A stretch of 64,000 nucleotides of DNA, from assembly GCF_006345805.1 (NCBI RefSeq), contig NC_043007.1, positions 36,952,001-37,016,000 on the forward strand, given 5' to 3'. Under the pieces are notes generated by a model. It saw only the letters and a list, made by a program, of their open reading frames with translations. It was not told where the DNA came from and ran no database searches. Position 1 is the stretch's first letter; every line of letters begins with the position of its first letter. Positions 50,681 to 63,956 of the stretch are shown here, piece by piece. The stretch is from Octopus sinensis. Lineage: Eukaryota. The translations under genes were made by a program, and so were the position numbers.

Positions 50681-51584
50681 TATAGATTTTTGACCAACAT
50701 TGTTTTTATAGACAATGATAAACGTCTTTATATACAATATCATTGTGGACAGAAAAAAAAAACAGAAGGAAAGCTAGACAAGTGTTTATTCTGCATTAGC
50801 TTTTATCAGCAAACAAGCATCCTCTTTAACTATCTACAGAGACACTACTTATAGACTTAATATAACTAAAGGCATAAGTAAATTGGAAATCCCAAATTAC
50901 ATTTATAACGTATTTTTAACAGTTATATGGTATATGGTTAATAAAATTGCTAATGCATACGTATTAACAGTGTTTTATTGCAGTGTTTTGTGTCAAAAAA
51001 AATGATCTAGTGATGAAGTGTGTACATGAAAGAGACACCAAATTCCATTTCTTTGAAAATTTTCTCCGCAGACACAGTTTTTCATGGAATTTGCCAAAAA
51101 AAAAGACACTATTTTTTATATTTTTGAATACTTAAAAACAAAGTTACGAAAATTTCAAAGACTGAAAAGTTATGTAATTTTAACCAATCAAATGAATCCA
51201 CTTTTAATACGCTGGAAGTTGGAATTACCACATTCACTCGTTATTTGTTTTTGGAGACATTTTCCCCCCTCGCCATTTCTTTTGGTTTATTAAATGACAA
51301 TAGGTATACTCATCTATGGTCATTAATGGAAAAGTGCTACGTTGAAACCTGGTTCCTTTCGGCGCCAACACAAATTCGTTTGCAGTCTGTTTTTAATCCT
51401 GGTACTGTTTTTGTTATATCACAATACTACACTGTGGCTGTGTAAGCTACGAAATCCTCGTCGCCTCTGTTATATCGCACGTTCGGATTACCTCTTTTCC
51501 ACTCCTCAACGTCTAGACTTCTCCCTCTATATCTACGTATTGGGCTAGCCTACTTTCATCGTCTGAGGGCGTCGACAAAACAGT

Positions 51585-51880
51585 TTTCAATCCTGGTATT
51601 CATTCTGTCGGTCCCTTTTGCCGAACCGTAAAGTAACGGGGACGTAAATACACCAACATCCGTTGTCAAGCGGTGGTGGTGTTGGTGGACAAACACAGAC
51701 ACAAAGACATATCCCCCACAAACACGCATAAATACGACGGGCTTCTTCCAGTTTCCACTCACAAGGCTTTGCTGGATCCAAGGCTAGAGTAGAAGATACA
51801 TGTCCAAGGTGTCACCCAGTGGGACTGAACCCGGAACCATGTGGTTGGCAAGCAAACTTCTTACAACACAATCACACCTC
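51585..51880 (-). mobile_element. SINE-A, diverged
   Basis: Homology to 11-432. Confidence 0.8.
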
Positions 51881-52991
51881 GAATCTAGTGTATCAAATCG
51901 AAAAAGTTTTCTTTCACTGTATACGAAAAAAAAAAAATATATTAAAACAAGGTAAATTAATATCCGTGTAATAATACATACAGTGATGGCGAAAAATGTA
52001 TTGATATATTATGTTATACATTATAACAATGGATAACGTATAGCTAGATGAACTATGCCTGAAAATTTCACTTATCTACCAAGTTGCAATTCATTTGATT
52101 ATAGGATTCGTCACTAAGGGACGACCTGGTGTCAGAAAAATTACAATAACAACAGCTACAAATCTTAAATATCGAACACGAGAAAGTAGGTAACAGGATA
52201 TTCGCTACAAATACATATGGTTAAGGCTAAAATACCAAAACAAACTCTATGTTACAAATCGATAGAAAGTAACATACAAACGTCGTATGAAATCACCGAA
52301 AGATTTTGGAAACCATATTAATTAAAAAAAAACAAACTCTGTCTTTAGCAACTAGGCAACGGATAGAAGAGAACAGCCGAGACCTTACGACTACAACAGA
52401 ATTAGCCTCGTGTTTGACCTTTATCGTTTATTGATCGAATAGAATGGGATAGCAAGGAAACATCGAGCAGAATCAACGGCCGACTCATATTCGAAGTAAA
52501 GAAAATACATAAGGACACATACTCATACGCACGCATATACATACATAGATACATGCATACGTGTATGCATGTACGTTTACACTCATGCATATACATACAT
52601 ATGTATGTCTCTCTGTCTGTCTGTATGCATGTATGTGTGTGTGTATGTTATTATTTAGCTTTATTTCTAGATTTCTCGTCAACATCGACGGGTTAGTTGT
52701 ACACGTACGTGTGTATACGTGCAAGTGTTTTGGCGTTAGTACATGTGAAGATCTGTATGTTTTATTTTATGTATGTATGCATACTCATACATATAACTGG
52801 GTAGGTAAATGCAAAGCCTAAAGAAGTAAATAGAAAAAGAGAAAGTGAGAGAGAGAGAAAAGAGTAAGAGGAAGGAAACCAAATGATAGAGGAACGATGA
52901 AAGAGTAAGTGATGCACTAAAACAGTTTGTTTCTTAGTGCCGTAGGATTTCATCCACACAATTATGATTGGGAATGATATAATAAAAATGT

Positions 52992-53167
52992 AGGCGTAGG
53001 AGTGGCTGTGTGGTAAGTAGCTTGCTTATCAACCACATGGTTCCGGGTTCAGTCCCACTGCGTGGCACCTTGGGCAAGTATCTTCTACTATAGCCTCGGG
53101 TCGACCAAAGCCTTGTGAATGGATTTGGTAGACGGAAACTGAAAGAAGCCCGTCGTATATATGTATA

Positions 53168-53203
<36 letters not shown>

Positions 53204-53444
53204 TGTATGTATGTATGTATGTATGTGTATATGTTTGTATGTCTGTGTTTGTCCCCCCCCCAACATCGCTTGACAACCGATGCTGGTGTCTTTACGTCCC
53301 CGTCACTTAGCGGTTCGGCAAAAGAGGCCGATAGAATAAGTACTAGGTTTACAAAGAATAAGTCCTGGGGTCGATTTGCTCGACTAAAGGCGGTGCTCCA
53401 GCATGACCGCAGTCAAATGACTGAAACAAGTAAAAGAGTAAAAG
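52992..53444 (+). mobile_element. SINE-A, full length
   Basis: Homology to 11-432. Confidence 0.9.
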
Positions 53445-54586
53445 TGTATGTATAGAAAAAAAAGGTGTAAGAACAATAGTCATCAAAGCATTTTCTCTTT
53501 TCATCTTCTATCTTCTCCTTGTTTTGGTCATCTGCTATTCTCGAAGGGCTTAGTCAAACATATCGATCCTTGTTCTTATTCTTTAAGTCTGCTACTTTTC
53601 CTATCGGTAATTTTTAAAAAGCAAATACTGTTGGTGATGTAGACCATCATTATATAATCAAGTCAAAGGATGCTGATTAACCGCTGTTCATTATCATCCT
53701 TTAGGAATTCTTGGTGTTGGTGGCCCTATCGCCCGTTTCGCTGCATCGCTTGTGTATACATACTTTTTAATTTCATTCGTAGGCAGTTTTGCTTCTGGTA
53801 TTTAGAACTGATCTGTAGTGCAAAAAATAGGCTTCAACAAACAAAATTCTTTCTGAAATTGTTAGTAATAGCTACACCTTTCTCTGCAATTCTGAGTCGA
53901 AACTCGTGAAGAGAAAGGGATCGGAATCTGGTGCTGTTGAGATGTTTCATTACAAAGTCAAATGTTTTTGTCAACTTTGTTGAAGATATTATATATGAAA
54001 ATTGCTTCTACAGAAGAAGTCTTTATGAGAATATCATCTACCATACCGGGAGAGCAAAACAGGTGTTACAATCACCGCACTCGATCAGCTCCATATACAT
54101 ATAATGGCTGGCTTGATTACACAGGTAGCCACAATGTCTATTTATCCGTAGTGCATAAGGAATAGACTGAAAAAATCAAATATGATATTCCTATTAAATC
54201 AGAATGCATATATACCATTTTTACGCTGAAAGTGATATGTTGCTGCGAAATTAACACATAAAAATATGCATAGGTATTCACGTCATCAGTAGGACCGCAT
54301 GAGAGAAAGCTGCAAGAAATAAACTCGTGTAAATATTGTTTGTAGGCGACGTAAAGAATAACAGGTGGTATTGTAAATAGAGTTACATTGTCGAAGCCAC
54401 GAACAAAGTCTCCCATAAGGAAGATTCTCTACATTAAAGTGTTCCACAATTTGGGATATAAAATATATAAATCAGAGAATTAATGTTGAATCTATACATA
54501 TGCGGTAAGCGGTAAATGCTAAAGATTGTGATGTATTTCAGTAGATCCTAAGGGAAAGTAAGAGTGATCATACACACACACACATA

Positions 54587-54619
<33 letters not shown>

Positions 54620-54659
54620 CACACACACACATACACACACACACATATATATATATATA

Positions 54660-54822
54660 CCCTTTTACTCTTTTACTTGTTTCAGTCATGTGACTGTGGT
54701 CATGCTGGAGCACCGCTAATATGGGGACGTAAACACACCAGCATCGGTTGTCGAGCGATGTTGGGGGGGACAAACACAGACACACATACATACATACATA
54801 CATACATACATCTATACATACA

Positions 54823-54853
<31 letters not shown>

Positions 54854-55095
54854 CATACACACCATACATACACACATACATATATACATATATGTATATA
54901 TATATATAATATATATATATAGATATTATAGATATATATTCTATATATATATATATATATAGATATATATATATATATTACATATCTAACGACGGACTTC
55001 TTTGAGTTTTCCGTCTACCAAATCCACTCACAAGCTTTGGTCTGAAGTGCCACGCAGTGGGACTGAACCCGGAACCATGTGGTGGTAAGCAAGCT
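54660..55095 (-). mobile_element. SINE-A with an expanded microsatellite centre
   Basis: Homology to 11-432. Confidence 0.8.
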
Positions 55096-55123
55096 ACTTA
55101 CCACATCAGCCACCCTCACCTAT

Positions 55124-55158
<35 letters not shown>

Positions 55159-55650
55159 CTATATATATATATAATATATATATATATAATATATATATAT
55201 ATTCTTTTATTCTTTTACTTGTTTCAGTTTTCAGTCATTTGGACTGTTGCCATGCTGGAGCACCATATCCTATGGTTATGTATATATATTCTATGGTTAT
55301 ATGTATATATCCTATGGATATGGTGAGGTGGTCTCATAAAAATACATGTCATGCCCAAACAAATGCAGAAACGCGTTAATAAAGACATAAAATCTCCATC
55401 CGTGAAGTATTTCTCGTCATTAATATTAATGTCTGTGTGTGTGGAGAGAGAGAGAGAGTGGGAGGGGGTGAGGTGGTGGGAGAAAATGATAGAAATACGT
55501 AAATAAACAAACCTGCTTGGGTTTGATATACAAGATATATTTACATGTATAGGTGTAAATAGGAAAAAAAAGGCACAGACTGAAATTTTTCAACCGATGA
55601 AAATTCAAGTACAAATATATGGATATTTATATATTAACATTTATATATTA

Positions 55651-56049
55651 CTAGCAGTATCGCCCGGCGTTGCTCGGGTTTGTAAGGGAAATAACTATAT
55701 AAGCATTTTTAGAGAGTTATAGCAAAAAAATAGCAAAAAAATGCATTAAAAATGGAAAAAAAATTATGGTAATTTTTTTTTAAATCGTTGACTCATCGTA
55801 GACATTTTTAGAGAGTTACTTCCCTTATATAATAGCGGAAAAAATGCATTAAAATGGAAAAAAAATGATGGTAAATTTTTTTTTAAATCGTAGACTCATC
55901 GTAGACGCGCGATAATACCCAGAAGGGCTCGATATGAATCACGACTATAAGATACCCGGTTTTGGTTAAACTGCACCGCAAAATGTGGGAGTAGTTAGGA
56001 ATCTAAATCGTAGGAGACAGACACACAACCTCTCTTTTATATATAAAGA
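55651..56049 (-). mobile_element. Non-autonomous Helitron
   Basis: A|TC start, CCCGAGCAACGCCGGG hairpin, CTAG|T end; near-identical to 20263-20654. Confidence 0.85.
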
Positions 56050-56329
56050 TATTTACGCAGTGTAAATAACGGACAAGACGCAACGAAAATTTGGGGAAAA
56101 TAAAAATAAGAAATAAGTGGAAATTTTACCGGTGAGTGTGTTACATTATAAGGCACAAAAAGAAAATTACTCTCCCCTGACACAAAAGAATTTGCTTCAA
56201 CACACGAACTCATATAAAGAATCTTGCAAACCAAATCCAAAAACGAAATATATATTAACAGAGAAAACTGATACAAGATTACAAAGACACAGAAAATGAA
56301 CGGGGAAAAGGTATGGTGCTACAAGTATG

Positions 56330-56561
56330 TATTTCTTTATTGCCCACAAGGGGCTAAACATAGAAGGGGACAAACAAGGACAGACAAAGAGATTAAGTCG
56401 ATTACATCGACCACAGTTCGAAACTGGTACTTTATTTATCCCGAAAGGATGAAAGGCAAAGTCGATCTCGGAGGAATTTGAACTCAGAACGTAACGACAG
56501 AAGAAATACCTATTTCTTTACTACCGAAAAGGGGCTAAACACAGAGAGGACAAACAAGGAC
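56330..56561 (-). mobile_element. SINE-B unit preceded by a tail-only partial unit
   Basis: Junction GAAATA|GGTATTTCTTCTG at 56510/1. Confidence 0.85.
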
Positions 56562-56916
56562 ACACTCATGCCCCCCCCCCCACACACACTTCCATATAGA
56601 GAATTGATGAATAAACATCTCTCGGTCTCCGTTTATTTAAACCAGTCTGAGTTTCCTGATAACATCTAATTCCTGATGATATGGGTAAACATAAATTAAT
56701 TTGACTCTTAATTTAATTAAATTTGTACTAATTATTCGTCACGATTATGTAATTGTACATATGGTGGTGTTTATCTTAAGGAAACAACTTTTGAATACAA
56801 TTAAAGTATGAACAATTGCGAAACTGCTTTTCTCCCATTCTGACATATATATTATATATATATAATATATATATATAATATATATATTATGTGCGTGTGT
56901 ATGTATTTATATATAT

Positions 56917-56955
<39 letters not shown>

Positions 56956-57088
56956 ACATACATGCGTGTATATACATGTTTATATTTATATAAGTATGTG
57001 GATACAATTAGTCAGATGTATGCGTGCGTATGGAAGTGTCTATATAATTTTAGGTTGTTAGAGGAATATTTTCAAGAATAGATATTCT

Positions 57089-57506
57089 TATTTCTTTACT
57101 GCCCACAAGGGGCTACACACAGAGGGGACAAACAAGGACAGACAAACGGATTAAGTCGATTATATCGACCCCAGTGCGTAACTGGTACTTATTTAATCGA
57201 CTCCGAATGGATGAAAGGCAAAGTCGATCTCGGCGGAATTTGAACTCAGAAGGTAGCGGCAGACGAAATACCTATTTCTTTACTACTCACAAGGGACTAA
57301 ACACGGAGAGGACAAACAAGGACAGACAAACGGATTAAGTCGATTATATCGACCCCAGTGCGTAACTGGTGCTTAATTTATCGACACCGAAAGGATGAAA
57401 GGCAAAGTCGACCTCGGCGGAATTTGAACTCAGAACGTAGCGGCAGACGAAATACCGCTAAGCATTTCGCGCGGCGTGCTAACGTTTCTGCCAGCTCGCC
57501 GCCTTA
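57089..57506 (-). mobile_element. SINE-B dimer
   Basis: Junction at 57272/3; TSD CAAGAATAG(A/C)TATTCT at 57073-57088 and 57507-57522. Confidence 0.92.
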
Positions 57507-58092
57507 CAAGAATAGCTATTCTTAACTAACAAGAACTATTTAAATAAGTGTTGGTTCTTTCAATATATGCGATGTTGAGTTGCCACGAAGTAAGTCAAAG
57601 ACACGAAAATGCAGATCAAGCTAACAATAATAACACCAGCTTACTTTAATACGGCTCTATATCGTAATATTGTATATGAATATTCTCTACACTTGATTGG
57701 AGAAGGAAGATGGATGTTTCTCTGAAGAGCGGACAACATACCATGGAAAGGTGCACCAGGAAACTTTCTTCGTTTTTTTCCCCCTGCATATCAAAATATA
57801 GTAGGAATATTTTTGCGTACTTAATGTACCCACAATTCAGCTATACACACACATTCATATGCACACTCACACACACATACGCACACACACACACACACAC
57901 ACATTGTTGACATCATAAGAATTTTATAAAATTTCGAGAGAATGTGAAATGTTTCTTTCCTGGAACATTGGATCACGTGGCGCATTACAATGAAGTCGAA
58001 GGCCGCTTGTGAGACACAAACCCATGACGGGCAGCTTTCAGCTTTTTCAGACTGAAAGGTTCTTTCAACCCAATAATTACAAGTTATTCATT

Positions 58093-58312
58093 AAGGCGGC
58101 AAGCTGGCAGAATCATTAGCACGTCGGTTAAAATGCTTAGCGGCCTTTCGGCTGTCTCGATGCTCTGAGTTCAAATTCCGTCGAGGACGACTTTGTCTTT
58201 AATCCCTTCTGGGATCGATAAAATAAGTGCCACTTGAACACTGGGATCGAAACAACCGACTAGCCTCCTCCACCAAAATTTCACGTCTTGTGTCTATAAT
58301 AGGAAGGATTAT
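58093..58312 (+). mobile_element. SINE-B, diverged
   Basis: Head, core, CTTGTGTCTATAATAGGAAGGATT tail. Confidence 0.8.
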
Positions 58313-58473
58313 TTATAGCTGTATGTGATATGCTTCGAGATCCAGTGTTCCAAAAAAGGTGTGTGTATGTATGCATGTATTTATGTATTTATATATATAT
58401 AATGTGACCGCGAGTGTATCGTTGGCGATTTTTTTCCTCCGTCTTCCCTTCCTTGGATCTTTCCTTTTTCTAT

Positions 58474-58508
58474 GTTTCTGACGAAGAGATCCGCTCGAGA
58501 CGTTAAAT
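58474..58508 (+). ncRNA. Degenerate minimal hammerhead motif
   Basis: GTTT CTGACGA A GAG-ATCCG-CTC GAGA CGT T AAAT; GAAA mutated to GAGA, probably inactive; same architecture as 21074-21111. Confidence 0.5.
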
Positions 58509-59479
58509 CCTCCTTCTTTCTTTCCTTTCCCGAGCGTCCAATACCACTATACTTGTTCCACGTCCTCGCGCTGTTGTGGTTTCTCTTTGTGCTTTCATGT
58601 TTGGATTAACTATATATGTATGCATGTATGTATGTATGTATGTATGTATGTATGTATGTATGTATGTATGTATGTATGTATGTATGTATGTATGTACGTA
58701 TGTATGTATGTATGTATGAATGTATGTATGTATGTATGTATGTATGTATACACTGCTAACAATTATTGCTAATCATATATCATCTATTTATCTGTGTTCG
58801 TGATCTCCTGTTGGATTTAACAAATTCGCAGTGAAACCCTTCATAAACTCCACATAACATCATGAAAATATCCAATATCTTCATCTCATGTTTCAGCTTT
58901 AAAACTATCAATCACCACACACACCTCCTTGTCTCCATCCTTCTCTCTCTCTCTCTTTCGCTTTACGTCTCTCTAATGCATATGGACATACATACACAGT
59001 CTCTGTTTTTCTTCTTTCTTTTCTATTTTTTGTTGCGTGTGTATCATAATCGGTCAGTATGACATTGGTATAGTGTATGACCGATTGGCTAAGGTATTAA
59101 GACAGCTAGTCGGTCAGTTCAAATCTCATCGTTGACGTTTCGTAGTTATCGATGCGACAGTTTATTCCACATACCTCGATCCACTTGGATGTCAGGAATG
59201 AGCAAACGATATTAATAATTCAAGCTGGTATAGCCTTTTTTTGGTTCCGCAATTCGCTCTGCAACTTCGAGGTTCCAAGTTCGATCGCAATTTACGATCA
59301 CTTTGGATAAATTATCTTCCACGATGACATTAGATTCTCAAATGTTATGAGAGCAAAGTTTTGTAGGAGAAAACTGTACAGAAGCCGTTGCAAGCACGCA
59401 GCACACACGTACACACGCACGCATGCACGTACTACGCGCGCACACGCGAACAAACACACTCGCACATACACTCACACAC

Positions 59480-59539
<60 letters not shown>

Positions 59540-59805
59540 ATTCATTGAAAATTCGAACCGGCCGTCTCGGACATTCGGTAAAGAGCACCTTCGTATGAAA
59601 CGTTGCATTGAGTGAATTCTGTGAGATGGACACGTGACTAGAAGATCCAAGCGAGCGACAGTTAATCTTCAATGGTTGTTTCACAGCTACCTTGACGCAA
59701 CTGAAAACACAAACAATGCGGCAATGAGTGCAGAGCCTTGCAGTCCGACAGTGCAGCTGTGGTAAACAAAACTGAGAGTGTATCGTTGTTCGAATGAGCA
59801 TAACC

Positions 59806-60036
59806 TATTTCTTTATTACCCACAAGGGGCTAAATACAGAGGAGACAAACAAGAACAGACATAGGTATTAAGTCGATTACATCGACCCCAGTGCGTAACT
59901 GGTACTTAATTTATCGACCCCGAAAGGATGAAAGGCAAAGTCGACCTCGGCGGAATTTGAACTCACAACGTAACGCAGACGAAATACCGCTAAGCATTTC
60001 GCCCGGCGTGCTAACGATTCTGCCAGTTCGCCGCCT
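59806..60036 (-). mobile_element. SINE-B monomer, long tail
   Basis: Full head to tail; GCATAACC repeat at 59798-59805 and 60041-60048 (probable TSD). Confidence 0.9.
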
Positions 60037-60136
60037 AACCGCATAACCATTGCGTGTCATGAACTGCAAAGCAATATCTATGTTAATCATCAACACTTAC
60101 GCATGGATATAGATAGATAGATAGATAGATAGATAG

Positions 60137-60169
<33 letters not shown>

Positions 60170-60294
60170 CATACATACATACATACATACATACATGCAT
60201 ACATACATACAGTACATACATGCATACATACATACATACATACAAGCATACATACATGCATGCATGCGCGCATGCACGCGCACACGCACACATA

Positions 60295-60503
60295 CAGTAA
60301 TCCCTCGACTATCGCGGTTGTTATGCTCCAAAACCCCCGCGATAGGTGAACATCCGCGATGTAGAAACAGTACTGTACTGTATATTCTTTTTTTTTTTCT
60401 TTTATAATTTGTATATATTTATTTTATTATAAATGCAAAACAACACCACGGAAGATTCGACGTAAGCTTAAATAATAAACCGCGATATGGCAAGGGATTA
60501 TTG
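60295..60503. mobile_element. Tigger/pogo-type MITE (209 bp)
   Basis: TA|CAGTAATCCCTCGACTATCGCGG ... CCGCGATATGGCAAGGGATTATTG|TA. Confidence 0.85.
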
Positions 60504-60511
60504 TATGTATA

Positions 60512-60545
<34 letters not shown>

Positions 60546-60654
60546 TATGCAATGAATAGTAGATAATATATATTATTTATATATATATATATGCAATGAA
60601 TAATAGATAATATATTATATTATATATATATATATATATATATATGTTACATAT

Positions 60655-61095
60655 AGGATCTTTTCGGTTTGAACGGCAGTTTTTCTAGCGGTGTCATATG
60701 AAATTGTCACCCATAATTATGACCCTAGTATCGATCTGTTGCATTTCAATCTGTTTTAGGGTTAGGGTTAGTTACGGTTAGAGTTAGGGTTATGGGTGGA
60801 GGGAAAAGTATCTTTTTTTCTTCAGAAATGTAAATAAACCCAATCTGTTTCTTAAACGGGGACATATTCAATACGGCACACAAATGTTTTTTTACCTCAA
60901 TAGACGTCAGTGATTGGTTGAAATTGCAGAGAAATTGAAGAAAAAAAACAACAAATATCTTATAAACTATAGAAATTTCTCAAGAAGCCAAGAGGAAAAG
61001 ATGTTTTTATAAACACATTCTACCAGTATACGAAGTTTAAAACTTTTTAGCTACCTAGAAATATTTAAAACTGCCGTTCAAACCGAAAAGATCCT
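60655..61095. mobile_element. 441-bp MITE with perfect 29-bp TIRs
   Basis: ATAT|AGGATCTTTTCGGTTTGAACGGCAGTTTT ... AAAACTGCCGTTCAAACCGAAAAGATCCT|ATAT; TSD could be AT, TA or ATAT; superfamily unassigned. Confidence 0.9.
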
Positions 61096-61159
61096 ATATC
61101 GCTATGGGCTCTGGTGGGCAGTCATCAAAAGTTTTTGTTCATCTTGATGCTGACATAAG

Positions 61160-61259
61160 TTCCTTGTTTTTCCTGATGAGAAGGCGGCATAATGCACCCC
61201 TTATTCCTTTCGAAATTAGGAATATGCAGCCTTCGAAACATATGTCGAGAATAAAGGAA
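61160..61259 (+). ncRNA. Type I hammerhead ribozyme with an intact core and extended stem II
   Basis: TTTTC CTGATGA GAAGGCGGCATA...TATGCAGCCTTC GAA ACATATGT C GAGAA; predicted cleavage after GUC at 61246. Confidence 0.85.
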
Positions 61260-61505
61260 TTTTGTTAATTCGTCGTTCAACTCCATTCTTTCATTTATTT
61301 GTATTAAAAAAACACAATTAACCGATAACAGAGGTCCACAGTTCCATTATACTACTCCCATTTAGAACAGTGCTGAAGCTACACGCACAGACATCTTGGG
61401 CCACATCCAGAGAAGAACCACTTGACTAACTGATACACGACCATTAACGAACAACTCCCGATTCAGCTCACAAGCGTGCTATCTCCTGTTACAGTATTTT
61501 CTATC

Positions 61506-61942
61506 GGTGAGCTGGCAGAATCGCTAGCACGCCAGGCGAAATGCGTAGCCGTATTTCGTCTGCCCGTACGTTCTGAGTTCAATTCTTCCGCCGAGGTCAA
61601 CTTTGCCTTTCATCCTTTCGGTGGGTCGATTAAATAAGTACGCAGTTACGCACTGGGGTCGATGTAATCGACTTACCGTTTGTCTGTTCCTGTTTGTCCT
61701 CTCTGTGTGTAGCCCCTTGTGGGTAGTAAAGAAATAGGTATTTCGTCTGCCGCTACGTTCTGAGTTCAAATTCCGCCGAGGTCGACTTTGCCTTTCATCC
61801 TTTCGGGGTCGATTAAATAAGTACCAGTTACACACTGGGGTCGATGTAATTGACTTAATCCGTTTGTCTGTCTTTGTTTGTCCGTTTGTCTGTCTTTGTT
61901 TGTCTCCTCTGTGTTTAGCCCCTTGTGGGCCGTAAAGAAATA
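61506..61942 (+). mobile_element. SINE-B dimer
   Basis: Junction GAAATA|GGTATTTCGTCTG at 61736/7. Confidence 0.9.
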
Positions 61943-61956
61943 TATATATATATAAT

Positions 61957-62230
61957 GGGTAAAATTAATTAATCGCGTTCGCACTACGCGGGTCGCCCTC
62001 TTCAACCGGCCGGGAGAAGTGGTGGTGAGGCGCGGGTGCCCACCGTTTCGGTCTACCCTCGCGCCCCACGTCGCGTCCGGGAAGCATGGCCCCCTCGTCG
62101 CCCGATGCCGAATGAGAGTCCGATGACAGACGCGTGGCGGGGAGCTGTCGGTTCCATCCAGTCGGTCTCCCTTCGATTTGACCCCGCGTCGGCGGATCAG
62201 TGGCGTACGCCGGATTAATTAATTTTACCC
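61957..62230. other. GC/CpG-rich 238-bp segment between perfect 18-bp inverted repeats; origin unknown
   Basis: GGGTAAAATTAATTAATC (61957-61974) / GATTAATTAATTTTACCC (62213-62230). Confidence 0.85.
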
Positions 62231-63520
62231 TTTATTATTATTGATAATATAATTCATTCCTTGATAGTAAACTGAAGTTTTTGCGGGATTACTCGTAGCA
62301 GACGTGGGGGATTGGGGAAGAATGCGAGTTTTCACTCGTTTGTATACATTCGGAAGTACTGGGTTTGGGATATTACCTATTCGATGGCGCTTGGTCGAAT
62401 ACATATTTTAATTAATAGTACTCTCAAATTTATAATTGAAATACTATACTGAAGACGGAAATAAGTGAGTAAAAATAATTTTACATCTCTTTAATCCAGA
62501 AACGCGTATATAGTTGATCAAAGCCGGATGGATTCGTTATTTTTTTCTCTTTACCTGCGTGAAGTGGGAGTATTGCTGTCTGGGAGATATCTTATGGTAG
62601 TGGAATAGTATTTAACTGTTATTTCTAAATTTCGGTATGTAGTGAACAATTTTACTGAACCATAATTATAATTATGCTGATAATTACAGAATTTTGTATT
62701 ATATATATAGATATCTATATATACTATATATATATATTATCATTATTGATTAATAAATTATATATAATCGGGCGGTGCCTAGCATAGCAATGTTGAATCC
62801 GAGATCAACATTAAAACCATTGGCTATGCACTATTTATTTTTACAATCCGAAGATAAACATTTCTTATACACACTAAAATATTTAGAGGACTGACTACTC
62901 TATAATATTGGACAAGCGGTGTATGCTCTAGAATATAGACGTCAAACTCGAAGAATTGTGTTCCGTTTTGCTGAATTGTATTTTTGAATATATCATTGCG
63001 TATATATTAATGGCCAGTTTGACCTCTATTTATAAGATATATATTATATATATATTAGTATATACGCACACGTCACACTCCCACTACATCAAAATATGGA
63101 AATGAATTCACGTTATAAGCAATTCTTCTTAAGTGCATAACGGATTGCAGCATAATTTTATTAATTGCTTACGCAAATAAATTCTTTTACGTTAATTGCA
63201 CATGATATTATTTTTTTCCGATTTTGATTTGTCAGAGTAAAATGTAGCATAAAATTTGACATTTGATTTTGTATAAATTTAAGTGATTCAGGAAATTTCT
63301 CTTTCCACGATGTCATTTGTCAGCTATTCATGTTTATGAAAAACTGATATCAAAAGAGCCAGATGTATTCAAACCATTCTTACAATTTCAATGAATTGAA
63401 GACTATGAAATTTCATTTCCATTCTCAAACCAAATGTGAATGGATGCTATTTCCTCGTTTTGATTTTCTGCTACTTTAACAATTAATTAACCCAAATAAT
63501 ATATATAATATATAGATACG

Positions 63521-63956
63521 CTCTTTACTTTGTTACTTGTTCAGTCAGGGACTGCGGCCATGCTGGAGCACCACCTTAGTCGAGCAATTCAACCCCGGGA
63601 CTTATTCTTGAGAAGCCCAGTACTTATTCTATCGGTCTCTTTTGCCGAACCGCTAAGTGACGGGGACATAAACACACAGCATCGGTTGTCAAGCAGTGCT
63701 AGGGGAACAAACACAGACACACAAACTACACACACAACACCACACACACCCACACACACACACACATACATATACTATATTGACATATATACGACGGGCT
63801 TCTTTCAGTTTCCGTCTACCAAATCCACTCACAAGGCTTTGGTCGGCCCGAGGCTATAGTAGAAGACACTTGCCCAAGGTGCCACGCAGTGGGGACTGAA
63901 CCCGGAACCATGTGGTTGGTAAGCAAGCTACTTACCACACAGCCACTCCTGCGCCT
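63521..63956 (-). mobile_element. SINE-A, full length
   Basis: Homology to 11-432. Confidence 0.9.

Noticed and set aside
60756-60796. True telomere or chromosome-fusion scar
   Set aside because: Short, degenerate and enclosed by MITE TIRs
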